Shown here: positions 62,466-64,000 of the stretch, piece after piece
How the letters are laid out: each line of letters begins with the position of its first letter
Numbering within the stretch: the first letter of the stretch is position 1
IMG/VR virus record: IMGVR_UViG_3300045988_168112
Source: a virus
Strand: one strand, 5' to 3'
Length of the DNA: 64,000 bases
Program-made: the position numbers and the translations under genes
The notes under the pieces: model-generated
Seen by the model: only the letters and a program-made list of their open reading frames with translations
What the model was told of the DNA's origin: nothing
Databases searched by the model: none

Positions 62466-62512
62466 AAGGCTAATTTGTACATTGACCAGCGTTTTAGTAC
62501 ACAATTAGCCTT
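62466..62512 (-). terminator. Imperfect 15-bp hairpin after the RNR gene (terminator-like, no clean U-tract)
   Basis: Minus strand reads AAGGCTAATTGTGTAC-loop-GTACAAATTAGCCTT, followed by ATCTTTAT (a weak -7-like box at 62458-62466). Confidence 0.35.
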
Positions 62513-62519
62513 AATAGAT

Positions 62520-64000
62520 TTATCTCAATTCGCATGCACCACCTGCACAAGCAGTCGCTACATTCTCGCCTACATTCTTATATTCTTGTTCCCATTCGAC
62601 ATTCTCCCAATCAATAGGTTTTTGATTCTTAATCTTCTGCCATTGATGGAATATATTCACATGTTTTAAGCAACGTGAGCATTTTTCATCATCACCCTCA
62701 AAATAATTCTTAGAGAACTTCTTGAATCTACGGACCCAATCATTCCTCATTTCAATTTTGTGTTGCAAATAAGAAGAAATTGCATTGACGTCACTGATAC
62801 ACAATCCATCTATAGTCACAAGAAGTTTACCATCTTTAATGTGTTTTTTGATAAATGAAAGTAGATAATCGTCAGTATAGATTAATAAGTCATTAGCCTT
62901 ACCAGTCGCTGCATTACAAGCTGTCCATATATCACCAAAAACTTGTAATCCATCTACAATAAGACCTGAAGAAAGAATTGCACCTTGTCCATATGTATCA
63001 GCAAGCTCTTTTTCATCAAGATAAGAAGTGTAAGGAGCTTGTGGATAATCGAGGTCACCAGTTTCAGGTAGGAAACTCAATCCACAGAATCCATCTTTGT
63101 GTTCCCATATCCAATCTGCAATTTCACTCCACTCATCTTCTTTAACTGATACTGTACAACTTACATTGTGATGATATTTAGGTTTAGCTATTGAAGATGG
63201 ATGCTCTGTATTAGTACCTTCTATAATCCAACCTTTCTCAGTAGTATAAATTCTATAAAGAAAATCAAGAGTACTGAAATCTGTACGAACCATTGTTTCA
63301 TCATCGAGTTCAATAGGGAAAGATAATACAGTTTCGCCTTTCTTGTTCCAAAATGAAGGATTTGCAATATCTGGATTCAATTTAATAACTTCTTTCAATG
63401 CCTGCTCATTGTTATTCGCTTGAATATTACGAATATACTTACGAAAATGATAAGCATGAATACCAGAGCCGCATCCAAGCAATTGTGACGCGTTTCCTGA
63501 AGGTTTGATTACGGTCGTTCTTGCTGCAGCATTTATTCCAATAATCGCAGCAACTTCTTTATTCACTTCTTTTACGATTCTTGCACCTTTTCTTTGTATT
63601 CTTTCATTAAAAAGAATATTAGGATTATCTGCCATGCCAGTGATACCAACACCAAGTAACGCATCACGCTTCATTATCTTACGTGTAGCTTCTGAAAGTA
63701 ACGGTAGATTTTCAGTATAAGCTGCTTGAAATGTACCTAATATAGCTGCTGCACGACATGCTTTATAGAAGTCTTCTTCGGTTTTGACTTTCTTTCCATT
63801 AATTTCACAAAGGTTACAAAAACTAAAACCATATTCTTTACTACCATCAGGATTTGTATAAGTTGGATATAACAATGCTTCTGCACAAGGATTTATGACT
63901 GCTTCAGTGTCAGGCATGAATAATAATCCTGGTTCTCCATATTGTTTGATATATTCAAATATCTTGTCGTACTTTTCTTTAGGAGTGTCTTCGTAGATTG
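62520..64000 (-). CDS. nrdJ: Adenosylcobalamin-dependent ribonucleotide reductase, class II (monomeric RTPR type), 5' end outside the window
   Basis: The frame stays open upstream of M63917 to the window edge (..YGEPGLLFMPDTE, RNR GEPG motif). Also INPCAE, TTVIKPSGNASQLLGCGSGIHAYH, and a C-terminal redox pair CAGGAC (compare CEGGAC of the Lactobacillus enzyme). Confidence 0.85.
   Translation of the reverse strand, partial: IYEDTPKEKYDKIFEYIKQYGEPGLLFMPDTEAVINPCAEALLYPTYTNPDGSKEYGFSFCNLCEINGKKVKTEEDFYKACRAAAILGTFQAAYTENLPLLSEATRKIMKRDALLGVGITGMADNPNILFNERIQRKGARIVKEVNKEVAAIIGINAAARTTVIKPSGNASQLLGCGSGIHAYHFRKYIRNIQANNNEQALKEVIKLNPDIANPSFWNKKGETVLSFPIELDDETMVRTDFSTLDFLYRIYTTEKGWIIEGTNTEHPSSIAKPKYHHNVSCTVSVKEDEWSEIADWIWEHKDGFCGLSFLPETGDLDYPQAPYTSYLDEKELADTYGQGAILSSGLIVDGLQVFGDIWTACNAATGKANDLLIYTDDYLLSFIKKHIKDGKLLVTIDGLCISDVNAISSYLQHKIEMRNDWVRRFKKFSKNYFEGDDEKCSRCLKHVNIFHQWQKIKNQKPIDWENVEWEQEYKNVGENVATACAGGACELR

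Noticed and set aside
1-64000. CRISPR arrays, tRNA or rRNA genes, integrase or excisionase
   Set aside because: No regularly spaced direct repeats with unique spacers, no cloverleaf-like segments in the few intergenic regions, and no tyrosine or serine recombinase motifs seen by eye. A tRNAscan or Infernal run would be needed to exclude RNAs formally.

Overview
This 64-kb window is a segment of a low-GC tailed dsDNA phage with a contractile tail. Its promoter architecture and BACON-type repeats point to a Bacteroidota host. All genes but one lie on the minus strand and are tightly packed.

Reading right to left:
- A nucleotide-metabolism / candidate DNA-modification block: a B12-type class II RNR running off the right edge, a QueD-like::P-loop fusion, a TGT/DpdA-like transglycosylase and a HAD phosphatase.
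- About 45 small early-type ORFs, punctuated by a recurring TTG-N19-TATCTTTAG promoter and hairpin terminators.
- An M15 endolysin.
- A 0.5-kb divergent control region with a candidate small RNA and the only plus-strand gene.
- A holin and BACON-repeat surface proteins.
- The morphogenesis module: portal, MuF, two Hint-like ORFs, a Nudix::Dps-like protein, a PBECR::ADP-ribosyltransferase polyvalent protein, an ADP-ribosylglycohydrolase, prohead protease, scaffold, major capsid, neck proteins (interrupted by an HNH homing endonuclease), sheath, tube, chaperones, tape measure and baseplate.
- A giant baseplate-J::fibre fusion ORF (more than 3,106 codons seen). It runs off the left edge, so the supplied ORF track does not list it.

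I recognised no rRNA, tRNA, CRISPR array, integrase or terminase. All calls come from reading the sequence and the translated ORFs by eye. No database search or computation was possible, so family assignments are motif-level hypotheses.
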